64,000 nucleotides of DNA. It comes from Takakia lepidozioides. Taxonomy: Eukaryota > Plantae > Bryophyta. Location of the stretch: assembly GCA_030704615.1 (NCBI GenBank), contig CM060733.1, forward strand, positions 15,314,001-15,378,000, given 5' to 3'. Within the stretch, counting starts at the first letter, position 1. The number at the start of each line of letters is the position of its first letter. The translations under genes were made by a program, and so were the position numbers. Shown here piece by piece: positions 52,568 to 64,000 of this stretch. Below the pieces are notes generated by a model. It ran no database searches and was not told the DNA's origin. It saw nothing but the letters and a program-made list of their open reading frames with translations.

Positions 52568-54052
52568 TTTTGACTGTGTCACCTCTTTTTCCGCGGAGTC
52601 AAGTGCTGGAGCTTGTCTTCAAGCGACTGTTTTCACATGAGCACAGCTGACGAGTTGACATTCCTCAGCGTCTCAGAGACACTTAGGGGTCTTTGTCTTG
52701 GATAATCAGTACAAGCATTTGCAAGTGATGGGCTTTGTTTCCTTACGATTCCTTGCCTATGCATCCATCCCAAGTGGTCATGGGAGTGATGGCTACCACA
52801 GCGGCATAAGGAAGGCTCTTTGTAGCAGTGGGTACATTGATCGCTCTTCCTTGGTTTGTTTGACCTTGTCACTATTTTTTCTTTCTCTTCTTCTTCATCT
52901 TCTACAGGGAGGCGTCACAGGCTCTGGGACGGGTTAACACTAGAGAGTTGTTCCTTCCAAATTACTGACCTACAGATACAACACTATAGATGAATATTCT
53001 CCTGCATTCCTCAAAGCTTGGGATTTTCTTCGTGGAGTAGTACGCAATTGATTAGGCTTTTTTTTAATTATATGATCACACTGTAGCCCACTAATTCACA
53101 ATCACAAGTAGAGCTCTCTCAACCGTGCGGACTGATAAGAATTCTATAGGATCCTATGTTTATGGTGCAATGGGAGTATCCGAGTAAGCCCAGCAATATG
53201 ACTTGTAAAACCGACTTTCTTGGGCACCATAATCTCTCTCAAGTGGACACCTCTGGTGAGTGCAAAGGATTTCTGTTGAAGAATGCGAAACAACATGGAG
53301 TGGCACCTGACATGCACGAGAAGAAGCATGACTAGAGCCATGTCCACTACTCCATGATGAAACTGACGCTGGGCATGGTGCAGCCACATTGTGGTTAGCT
53401 CCGCAGGATCTTCACAGGGAGACAGTCCCATAACCGCAGCTTGGTGGTTACTGCGTTGTGAGTCATTCACACAAAATTATACTCACTTGTTAGCAGGCCT
53501 ATTTTCTTGTGTTGTGCGGATAAATAGATTATTGCTTATCCTCCGGAGGTAAGGGTAAATAAAAACTCGAAGATTATTTATCCTCCAAGTAAGGATAGAC
53601 TATTATTATTTTTTAATTATTTGTATGTCCACTTATTTATCCTACAGGCAAGCATACTATAAAGAAAATTGGATGATTTATTTATCCTCTGAAATCATCA
53701 AGGTGAAAACTCTACACCTTGGGTACAGAATTGAGCACTCAAGAATTGTGAAATGTCAAATTTAGTAACACAAATCTTGTCTCCAATTCCCGCACTCTCA
53801 CATCCCCTCATATTGAAGACTAGCTTGAGCAGTGCCGGCAACCCTAGTAGTTGAGAGTGCTCCCCCTACAACTAAGAAAAAGTAGAATAAAGTTTGGATT
53901 TAGAGATTTTTAAGTTTTCAAGAATACATTTCAAAATAAATATGGGAACGAATTTCTAAAGTATTCAATTTTTTTTGTTTTTTGACAAAGTATTCAGTTG
54001 AAATGAGTAAATAAAAATGAAAGTAAGTAAAAGTTGTGTTAAAATGCTTTAA

Positions 54053-54633
54053 CCCTTAAACGCCCGCGAGGCCGAAACTGGGCCTCGGAAGATTTTTCAG
54101 GAACCATAACTTTTTCAGATCTTGATCAAATTTTGCAAAATCACGGCCGTGGATTTTCTCCCATCGTCTAGTTTGCAGATGGGAACCTGATAGCCCTAAT
54201 TCCTGGTTGTGCACGCTCCAGTTCCCGCACGTTGCAGGTGGTCTGACACCCCTGCTTTGACCAACCAGCAGCAGATGTACACTTGGCCAATTTGAGCACT
54301 TTTTGGCTTGTTGGATGTAGGATGTGGTGGGGATGACTAGTGAGATGCAACAGCCCAATCGAGTTCCATCTCATCCAAATTTCAGGAAAACCACTTGCAA
54401 TTTTATTTTTTTATTTTTTTGCCCCAAAAAATGCACCCCACATGCAACGGTGGCGTTTTTCTGATTTCCATCCGATTGGCCTGGAATTTGGCAGGTGTAT
54501 GCATAGGGTAGTTAGGAAGATAATGTCCGGTCAAATTTCCAAAATCCCTTTTTCCCCGGAAATTACAGGGTTTTTTCACCCCACGGGTAGTGATTTTGGG
54601 AACAGTCAAACTTACCCATTGAGCATTTAAGGG
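54053..54633. mobile_element. Non-autonomous piggyBac-like element (581 bp)
   Basis: TTAA at 54049-54052 and 54634-54637 flank TIRs CCCTTAAACGCCC / GAGCATTTAAGGG (11/13). Confidence 0.8.
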
Positions 54634-54771
54634 TTAATGCAAATATTATTTTGCAGGATTGAGATGGAGAATATGGGTTCGAGGGTGTGCTCGAAATGTG
54701 CCACAACATGAGAAACCAAACAGTTCTTACTTTGGACTAATTGTAAGAAGTTCAAACCTTTTTTTATTTTC

Positions 54772-55500
54772 TTAAATTTTAATTTGATGGATTTTGGCAG
54801 GCCTGGACTTTAGCCACACCGAGCCCCAGATTGCGGACCGGTTCTCATCTCTAAATCCCAGGTGCCCCCATCTTGACTCCCACTTTGCTTTTAGTGAAAT
54901 TGGCAGGGACAAAGCCTTGTAACCTTTTTTGGTGGTGTAGGAAAAGAAGGGTTCTGGTTGTCTTCCAAACTCCCAAGACCATTCGGAAGGATCGAACTGC
55001 AGCTCTGCAAGGGGTCTGCCAAGAATCCAGATAAATGTGGCAGAGACAAGCCAGGCTGAATGAGAAAGACCTGGGGGGGGGGTTTTGGGGATCCATTTCT
55101 TTCGGAGAAGTAGACCAGCAGCAAACAAAGTGCTCAAGGTGGGCGAATGGTTACAATTTCAAGACACCCTCTTTTGCTCCTACTGCCTCGAACATTGTCT
55201 CATCTCGTGCCAAGCAGCAGCCATCATTTGGCCACTTATCAAAAACTTTTACTCCTGTTGGAACCTCATTCCTCTCTCTCCCACGATCCTGCTTCTAAAC
55301 TATGACGCAACAACAAAAAGGAAAACTATTCATTGCCCTGTTTTCGAAACACTTAGAGGCAGCACACTTTGGCACCTCTAGAAAGCAAGATGCTCGAGAA
55401 CTTTCTCTGGACAAACTTCTACAGTTTCAGCTCTTCTCACATCTGTTTTCTATGACCTTAGAACAGAATCCAGGAAGGCTTGGGCCAAGCATTGTGCACA
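54772..55500 (-). mobile_element. LINE ORF2 C-terminal remnant
   Basis: Trp-rich FFSYTTKKGYKAL...KWESRWG...IWGSVWLKSRPAKI resembles the region around the zf-RVT domain of plant L1 elements. Confidence 0.55.
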
Positions 55501-57115
55501 GATCCAACGGAAACCAGAGATCGCAGGGGCTTCCCATGATAAATTCCGCATCACCTGGGGTAATCGAGGCCTCATCTGCAGCAGCGCAAATCCAAACACC
55601 TGTGTCTGGCCAGACCTGCCCCACCCAGCTAGAGAGGAATTCGCAACAGACTCCACAGCGTCGCCTGAATTCGATCGAGAGATAAACTGGAAACATCTTA
55701 AGGGCTCTTCTAAAGCCTCATGTCTTCAGTTTAGGTAGGTGTAATAGCATTACCAATCCCTAGGCAGTGCACTAATTCACGCTGGTGCCATTACTCTTTG
55801 TATCCATGTGTTTGACTTCGGTTCATGTTTCTTCCTCCGGGGTAGTAACATAAATCCTAGGGTTCTCGTTTTTGGTAACCATAGCTAATACTTCCCTCTG
55901 CGAGGGGTCATGTTCGGGGCCTCTTTGGCTGAGTTTACCTCAATGAGGGTACGGGTTCTAACTTCACTGATAACGGTGTGTGTGCCTTATGGCGAAAATA
56001 GGGGTTTTAATTTTTTCCCCCCGAATAATCCCAAATAAATTGTAATGGCCTTTCGGCCAACCCAAGAAAATAATAAAATAATCAGGGCTACAATCCCTTT
56101 AAAAAATAAAAAAATAAAAAAATGATATGATATGGTTATGTGAAAGGCCAAAAATTTGTTAACCTATCATGTGAAAGGAATTTTCTCAAAGTTGTCCGAG
56201 TGAAAGTCACCAAAAAAACAAAAAATGGTTTTTAGATATCCACTGGTTCTAGGTATTACCAACAATCAAATGGCGGATCTACGCAGAACCAGTGGATTAT
56301 AAGAAAAGTTAATCCCTAAAGAACGACCCAACCCGAATCACGCTCCAATTCCCATGGATGATAGTGCATAGAAGTGAAGCTTGAAGATGAATTGTAGATG
56401 TCAGAGAGGAGCACATGTGGGAATTTACAGCACCAAAAATTCATAAAAGCTTTGCTCCCTAAAATTTTGCAAAGTGCCAGGGTTTCAGGAGATCTAGTGT
56501 TAGAGCACCATTGACCTGGCTTCGTGGCAACCAAATGGGCAATCTTCAAGATAACATCTAGGGCGGAAAATTTATCATAATGCCAAAAAAAATTGGACAA
56601 GGCACCTTGAAATGTTACTGTGCACTTACTTATCAGAGGAATTGGAAAACAAATGTCACCTCATGGGTGTACTTGGGAAAGAAGCCAAAACAAGATAATT
56701 TACCCCCCAGATTTCACATACAAAGCAACCTATCTGAAACTTTGGAATTTTGGTCTGATTTTTTGGGGAGGCAGTAGTTTAGGTGCCATATAATCAGATT
56801 ATGGAGGGCCTTTGTCTAGAAAGATTCAACTCCAATTTTGTTGTCAAACAATTTTTTCCATTCAATTCTTGAATATATTTACAAATTGGGGCATATTAGT
56901 TTGTTATAATCTCCAAAATGCAACGGTCAATTTGCCTATATTTTTTACAGGACATGGATCTAGTAGATACGCACATAAGCATAAAGTCATCCCCATGGAT
57001 GATCGGGGGTAAGAAGTTACACCCTAGTCCATAAGGGTATGCACCCTTTTTAGTGGGCCCACCAAAAAATAGCTCGTCCTTTAGGGGTTAAGATCCGCTC
57101 AACACCGGTTTATAC

Positions 57116-57406
57116 CAGTGTTGTGCGGGTATATTGATTTCAATATACCCTTAGGGTATAAGTAAATTATTTTTGTCAAATCATTTACCCTCAGGATATG
57201 GATAAATTGAAATCTCAAAAAATTATTCACCCTCCAGGTATGGATAAATTAACTTTTCAGATTTCTATATAACCCCCCGGGTATGGATATATATGCCAAA
57301 ATATACCCTGAGGGTATGAATAGTTTCCGGGTATGGATAGTTATTTCCATTAATATATAATTTAATGGTTGTAAGGAATATACGATGTTCTTCAATATGT
57401 ACAAAA

Positions 57407-57442
<36 letters not shown>

Positions 57443-58437
57443 ATGGTAAAAGAGAAAATTGATAAGATATTGCATAATATTTTGGTGTTAATTTCCAATG
57501 CAAGATGGAGGAGGTTTGAGATTAAAAAAAAAGCACATGGGCTGGTAGCTCAGCTGGTAAGTGCACAGTGTGTGTCACTCAGGTGGTTCAGGGTTTGAAC
57601 CCGCTGCCCTGCCCGGTGTGTGGGATTGTTCCTGTGTGACGTATGACGGTATGTCTGGGCATTGATAGTCCTGTAGGTCTCATGGCCCATAAATGAAAGG
57701 GGGTTAATCTTTCCCCCTCCTCAAGGGCCTGAATTGTGGGTTGTCGCTCCCAGATTTTCTTAAATAAATAAATAAATAAAATCCCCTCAGGGACCTAAAT
57801 TGTGGGCTGTCAGGTTTCCTTTTATATATATATATATATATATGCGAGATCTGAAGAGGTATTGTTATATGACATTTAAGGAATGCTATACCGTAGTACC
57901 TTGGCAACTTCAACACAAATTTTAATATTTCAAAGATTGTTGAAATTTTAGGAAATTGATTTTGTGAAATTAAGGAACTTTGTAAATGATAATAAAGCAT
58001 ATTTAGGAATATTCCATATGTTGAAATGAAATTTTCAAAATAAAATAAATATTTGACATATGCTTGCCAAGGTGCTACGGTATGTATAACATTTGTTTTA
58101 GCTGTGATTGGAGCTTTCTTATAGCTCAAGGCTCCCTAACAACACAACAAAAAGAGAAAAGACCTAGCACATAAAGGCTATGAAGGCACATAAAGGCCCT
58201 TATATACCCTGATTAGATATACCCTTCATTTTCACATATACCCTTCAAGAAAGTAGGGTATATTGAGCGTCTTGATGCAGGTAAATATAAGGATAAGGGT
58301 ATATCATAAAAATATACCCTGATATAAGGGTATACATCCGGGTACCTAAACTTGCCACACCAGGGTATATATATATCAATATACGCTGATATACCCAGCG
58401 GGTATATCAGCGTAGTTCACATACCCGACCAACACTG
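57116..58437. mobile_element. Non-autonomous hAT element (1322 bp) with 8-bp TSD
   Basis: TSD GTTTATAC at 57108-57115 and 58438-58445. TIRs CAGTGTTGTGCGGGTAT / ATACCCGACCAACACTG. Subterminal ATATACCC motifs. Confidence 0.88.
57535..57780 (+). mobile_element. tRNA-derived SINE nested in the hAT element
   Basis: A box TAGCTCAGCTGG, B box GGTTTGAACCC, (TAAA)n tail. No complete cloverleaf seen. Confidence 0.6.
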
Positions 58438-58451
58438 GTTTATACAAATGA

Positions 58452-58590
58452 GACACCAAGTTGTAGGCCAATGGTAATGGCATACCACCTAGGAAGTAAG
58501 CGGTTGTGGGTTCAATCCACTCATTGGAGTCACAAAAGTGTCCACCTTCCTACCCGGAAGGAAGTAGCCCTTCAGGATCAAGAGACCATA
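58452..58590 (+). mobile_element. Monomeric copy of the SINE head seen at 2478-2613
   Basis: GACACCAAGTTGTAGGCCAATGG...GGTTCAATCCAC...GTAGCCCTT...TCAAGAGAC aligns with the reverse complement of 2478-2613. Confidence 0.75.
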
Positions 58591-59416
58591 ATTTATGCTT
58601 CCTTTGGAAGATATATATTATATAAATGATTTATCCTTTATAAGGGTAAGGATAAACCAAAACATTTATCCATCTGAGAGGTGAAGATAAATAACAAGGC
58701 CAAGCATTAGATGGGCCTGGAGTGGAATGCGAGGGGCCGGTTCCGCCATCGTGGACCCCCCCACCCATGCCCAACCCCCGCTCCAACGCTTGCACACCGC
58801 GGGGCTGCTGCCGCGTGGCACTCCCTCCCGCGCCTCATGTTCCCGCTTCCAGGACATGAGACGTGCCCTCTCCAGCATTCCCATCCCTCCTCCCATCCTG
58901 CCCTCATGCACGGCATCGCCCTCCATCCCCCCTGCATGCCTTCATCTTCCCCATGCTACATGGCATCCCAAGCATACATCATGCCCTCTTTCAAAAATCA
59001 TTCTGACATCTATTCAAATTTCAAATGGCAAATCTGAAGAAAGAATGGACGTTGGGATATATGCCATATCGTCACATACACTCCAAACCCTAATCCAGGG
59101 TTCTACTACCCTCATCGTGCATTTCCTTGTACAGTAGTTCTCTCCATGCCTTCCAAACGCGTCCCCACCCTGGCACTCTGCGTTCACCTTCCATATTGAA
59201 TTGTGTTTGTATAATGTTGCCCACATGAACATGTTGCATTGCATTGTAAGTTGCAATCATGTGGATGTCTGGCCCACATGAAGAAGTTTGTGCTTGCATA
59301 GGGTCCAATTGTTGTCTGATGCATGAATTTCCATTGCAGCTATACATGCCCACAATCTGCCAGCACCATGTGGTTGAATCTATGGTTGCCCAGGGGCCCA
59401 CAGGTGGTTTTCACAG

Positions 59417-60490
59417 AGAAGTCCAAGATCACCAGACTTCAGACATAAGTGCGCAAAGGAGGCACGTTGGATAGCAGGTTGGTTGAACCCTCCTTGGGTG
59501 AAAGCAGAGCTGGCTGCCATGATACAAGGTCTAGCACAGTGTGGTGATGCAAGGACACTATGTATGGCAGGGCGACTGAAAGACGCGGTGCACATTTTGA
59601 ACCGGCCAAGAAATTTCGGCAGACTCCGACACATACGTCCTTCTCTTGCAGGAGTGCATCAACATGCAAGGCCTAGAAGAAGGAAAGCAGATGCATGCCC
59701 ACATTATCCGAACTCGGTTCAAGCCAAAAGTCTTCTTACTTAACACCCTTATGAACATGTACACCAAGTGCAGGAGCGTGCTGGATGCACGGCAAGTGTT
59801 TGACAACATGCCTAAACGAGTGATATTTACCTGGAATATAATGATAGCAGGATATGCCAATTATGGATGCGGGAGGGAGGCAATTGAGATGTATGAGCAA
59901 ATGATGCAGGAAGGGACAACACCCAATAAGGTGACATTCATATGCATTGGCAAAGTCTGTGCCTGTCTAGCATCCCTGGAGAAGGGCAAAGGGGTCCATG
60001 CCGACATTATCAGAGCTGGGATTGCACCAGATGTGATTCTGGAGACTACCCTTGTTGACATGTATGCCGAATGTGGGAGCATGCAGTATGGCGTCAAGTG
60101 TTCGATACTTATACTCATCATGGGTGTTGTATGGAGGCTTTTGAGATGTATGAGCAAATGATATAGGAAGAGGTGACTCCGGACAAAATAGCTTTCATTT
60201 GCGTTCTCAGGGTGTGTGGCAGCCTGGCAACCCTGGAGAAGGGCAAAGAGGTTCATGCTAACATTATCAAATGTGGAATTCCATCGGATATCATCCTGGA
60301 GACTGCCCTCACAAACATGTACGCCAAATGTGGGAACATGAAGGATGCGCTTGAAGTGTTTGACAACATGGCTGAGCGTGATGCTGTGTCATGGAGCTCT
60401 ATGATTGCAGGATATGCTCAGAATCACTGTGGTAGGGAGGCTTTTGGCATCTATGACCACATGATCAAGGAAGGTGTGGCACCAAACAAG
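59417..60490 (+). pseudogene. PDF-motif plus PLS-PPR gene, truncated
   Basis: After the AG acceptor at 59415-59416 the frame reads RSPRSPDFRHKCAKEARWIAGWLNPPWVKAELAAM...RTLCMAGRLKDAVHIL, then L-S-P repeats with frameshifts. Confidence 0.88.
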
Positions 60491-61010
60491 TCACATTGCC
60501 ATGAATTCTACAGGCACCAAGCAAGGCCCCCCACACTGAAGCACCTGATTTGATAGGCATTATGTTGGCAAACTCCTCCGCATCAACCAATATTCCCGCA
60601 CGCGCAAAAAGGTCCACCATGCGGCCAGAATGCTCCACTGTAGGAGCAAGGCCATGAACTTGATTCATGTAATCAAAGTAGTGACAACCCTCATCCACTC
60701 GGCTTACATGGCTACATGCAGAGAGAACACAAATAAAGGTGACACTATTTGGCTTCAACCCTATAGTTGAAGGGCCTCCCTGGCACAACCATGCTGACCA
60801 CATCCTACAATCACCGCATTCCATGAAACCACATTCCGTTGAGTTATATTGTCAAACAGTTGAATGGCATCCTCCATGCTCCCACATTTTGCATAATGTT
60901 ATCAAGGGCAGTGTCCAGAATGACATCTGCTAGGATTCCAACTTTGATTATCTCAGCATGCGGTTCTTTGCCCTTTTCCAGGCTTGCAAGGCTGGCACAA
61001 GCATTGAGAA
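60491..61010 (-). pseudogene. PLS-PPR C-terminal fragment (L2-S2-E1), fused tail-to-tail to the previous gene
   Basis: KPNSVTFICVLSACSH...HSGRMVDLFARAG...VWGALLGACRIHGNV. Confidence 0.85.
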
Positions 61011-61299
61011 GTTTCATGCAAGTTGGAGCAACTTTGGGATGAATGAACCGTCATGGATGAAGGTTAAAAGTTATCATGCTATGAATGAAAACACATACAG
61101 AAAGTATGAGTGCATATGTGCATATAGACTAAGTGCCTGTACAAGGGAATGATTCCATTAGTCATGAATGGTATCATGAAACCATAAGAGTGTAATACCA
61201 TTCCCATCCCGAATGGAAGGAATGCATGCATGCAAGGTTTGAGATGGAAGTTGGACCCAATTTGAAGAAAATATGGATATGCACTCTGTTGCATTCATG

Positions 61300-63960
61300 A
61301 AATTTCTAGGGCGTCCTAGGGGTCGTGCTGATGAGCCCAAAACCAATGGCTAGCTTCTCACTTTGGTGATAAAGAGAAAATTCTTTTTGCTCCTCTACCA
61401 CATCATGCAGTACAAAGCGTGTGTCAGGCACATACCCCGCCTCCTTCACCTGCCCAGACAATCTTCTCAGCTAAGCATGGATTTCCTTAATTCTTGGATG
61501 CAATTTGTCATCTACAACAAAGGTGTGCGCCCTGTTGCCAACCTCAATGCAGCAGCGACCTGGCTCCTTCCTAACCCCTCTGACCTTCATCATTTTTCTC
61601 ACCTTTGCACTATCATCCCCGCCTCCTTTATCTGCCCAACCAATCTTCTCAGCTAAGCATGGATTTCCTTAATTCTTGGATGCAGTTTGTCATCTACAAC
61701 AAAGGTGTGCGCCCTGTTGTCAACCTCAATGCAGCAGCGACCTGGCTCCTTCCTAACCCCTCTGACCTTCATCATTTTTCTCACCTTTGCACTATCATCC
61801 TCGCCTCCTTCATCTGCCTAACCAATCTTCTCAGCTAAGCATGGATTTTCTTAATTCTGGGATGTAGTTTGTCATCTACAACAAAGGTGTGCGCCCTGTT
61901 GCCAACCTCAATGCAGCAGCGACCTGGCTCCTTTGTAACCCCTCTGACCTTCATCATTTTTCTCACATTTGCACTATCATCCCACCTGCCAGCTGCAGCA
62001 TGGATGTTTGATAACAACACATAAGTCGCGACATCTTGTTCATCCCACTTGAGAATAGATGTTGCAACACGTTCAACCATCTCCACATTGCCATGGATTC
62101 TGCAGGCACCAAGCAAGGCCCTCCAAACCATAGCATTTGGTTTCATTGGCATTTTGTTAATGAGCTCCTCTGCCTCATCCAATTCCCTATATGTCCAAGA
62201 AGGTCCACCATGCAGCCAAAGTGCTTTACTGTCGGAGAGACACCATGATCTTGACTCAGGGAATCAAAGTAGCGTCTTCCTTCATCCAGTAGGCCAGTGT
62301 GGCTGCATATAGAGAGAACACATATAAAGGTGATATTGTCCAGCTTCAAGCCTTTTGTTTGCATTCCTTCAAATAGTTGCAGGGCTTCTCTATGAAACCA
62401 TGTTGGGCATATCCTGCAATCATAGCATTCCAGGACGCCACATCTCGTTCGACCATATTGTTGAACACTCCCTTTGCATCCTCCATGCTCCCACATTTGG
62501 CATACATGTCCACGAGGGCATTGTTCAGAGTGACATTTGGTACAATACCAGCTATGACGATGTCACCATGGACCTCTTTGTCCTTTTCCAAGGCTGGCAG
62601 GCTTGCACATGCATTGCAAACACAAACAAACGTGATGTGGTTGGGCTTCACCTCTTCCTGCATCATTTGCTCATATGTCTGCAAAGCCTTAGTCTCGCGC
62701 CCCTGCTGTGCATATCCTGTAATCATTGCATTCCACGACACCACCTCACGTTCAGCCATAGTGTCGAACACTCCATTTGAATCTTCAATGCTCCCACATT
62801 TGGCATACATGTCAAGAGATGCCAAGCTTGCACATGCCTTGCAAACACAAACAAACATGATGCGGTCAGACTTCACCCCTTCCCACATCATCTGCTCAAA
62901 GGTCTCCAAAGCCTCCATCCCGCGTCCTTGCATATCCTGCAATCATCATGTTCCATGACACCACATTTTGTTCAGCCATATTGTCGAACAACCCCTGTGC
63001 ATCTTCAATGCTCCCACATTTGGCATACATGTCCACCAGGGCAGTGTTCAGAATGACGTCTGGTACTATTCCAGTTTTGACGATATCACCATGGACCTCT
63101 TTGCCCTTTTCCAAGGCTTCCACGCTCGCACACGCAGTGCAAATGCAAACAAACGTGATATGGTTGGGCTTCACCCCTCCGCGCATCATTTGCGCGCATC
63201 ATAGGTCTCCAAAGCCTCCATCCCACAGTGCATATCCTGCGATCATCGCGTTCCATGACACCACATTTCGTTCAGCCATGTTGTCGAACACTCCCTCTGC
63301 ATCTTCAATACTCCCACATTTGGCATACATATCCAACAAGGCAGTGTTCAGAATGACATCTGGTACCATTCCAGATCTGACAATGTCACCATGGACCTCT
63401 TTGCCCTTTTCCAAGGCTGCCAGGCTCGCACACACATTGCAAACGCAAACAAACGTGATGTGGTTGGGCTTCACCTCTTCCTCCATCATTTGTTCATATG
63501 TCTCCAAAGCCTCGATACCACGCCCCTACTCTGCATATCCATATCCTGCGATCAGTCTGATGAGAGGGCAAATCAGGCTGAAATAGATTGAACAAGAAGG
63601 TTCCCTCACCACATTGTCCTTGACTTTGTGTCATGACTGATGGAGGATTCAACCGACCATCAACCCAAAAGGACCTCTTGTATACGCTGTTTGTGTCCAT
63701 GGTGGGGTAATGTCCAATTGGTCTGCAAGAACCACCACGGTGCAGCTAAGCAGCCATAGATTGAAACACGACCTCCTAAGACCAAGTTGACCCTCCTAAG
63801 CACCTTGTAAACACCAAAGAAAAATACCAAATCGTGATACTAACAGGAAGAGCCAAACTTCTTCACCTCATACATTAAGAGAAAGCCACACCTTGCGATT
63901 ACGGTTGTCCCACCATTGTGAAGGATCTTTAAAGAACTCATGCCAACTCCACTCCGTGCT
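61300..63960 (-). pseudogene. PDF-motif / PLS-PPR / E1-E2 / truncated DYW RNA-editing-factor pseudogene
   Basis: EWSWHEFFKDPSQWWDNRNRK, intron 63891-63723, second PDF half, ~4 near-identical PLS triplets, L2-S2, E1 (VWRALLGACRIHGN), E2 (YVLLSNIHAAAGRW), PG box, [14 protein letters not shown]...[12 protein letters not shown], then truncated. Confidence 0.92.
61437..61983. repeat. Three tandem 182-bp copies of the E2 / PG-box segment
   Basis: CTCAGCTAAGCATGGATT recurs at 61466, 61648 and 61830. Confidence 0.92.
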
Positions 63961-64000
63961 CCAAGGTAGACTTTTGTGCCCGAAAATTCGGCAGCATCAA

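Noticed and set aside
57540-57615. Functional tRNA gene (also 2370-2450, 2540-2610 and 58455-58525)
   Set aside because: A and B boxes are present but I could not fold a complete cloverleaf. Tails, TSD and dispersed copies fit SINEs.
62377-63586. Long plus-strand ORFs (193 and 212 aa)
   Set aside because: Antisense shadows of the minus-strand PPR repeats.

Overview
Repeat-rich nuclear DNA from a non-seed land plant, bryophyte-like on the rbcS, PLS-PPR and ankyrin-TM sequences (the taxon is inference). Apparently intact host genes: the 5' part of a GDSL lipase, a DUF688-type protein, a three-exon rbcS and a three-exon ankyrin/PGG membrane protein. Two things stand out. (1) A 15.6-kb hAT element (10749-26327) with 11-bp TIRs and a perfect 8-bp TSD splits the protease active site of a chromovirus Gypsy element. 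Besides its decayed transposase it carries an atypical protein kinase and a RING-H2 protein, each preceded by an array of GCGACCGCC palindromes. (2) A family of decayed PLS-PPR(-E-DYW) genes whose N-termini carry OSB-type 'PDF' ssDNA-binding motifs (WWDNR..K / P..PDFRHK...W......PPWV) in frame with the PPR array, with a conserved intron splitting the motif. Also present: a non-autonomous piggyBac-like element, a dimeric tRNA-derived SINE with a 13-bp TSD, hAT and CACTA non-autonomous elements, a Harbinger fragment and a ~5-kb inverted duplication. Coordinates were read by eye; no database searches were run.
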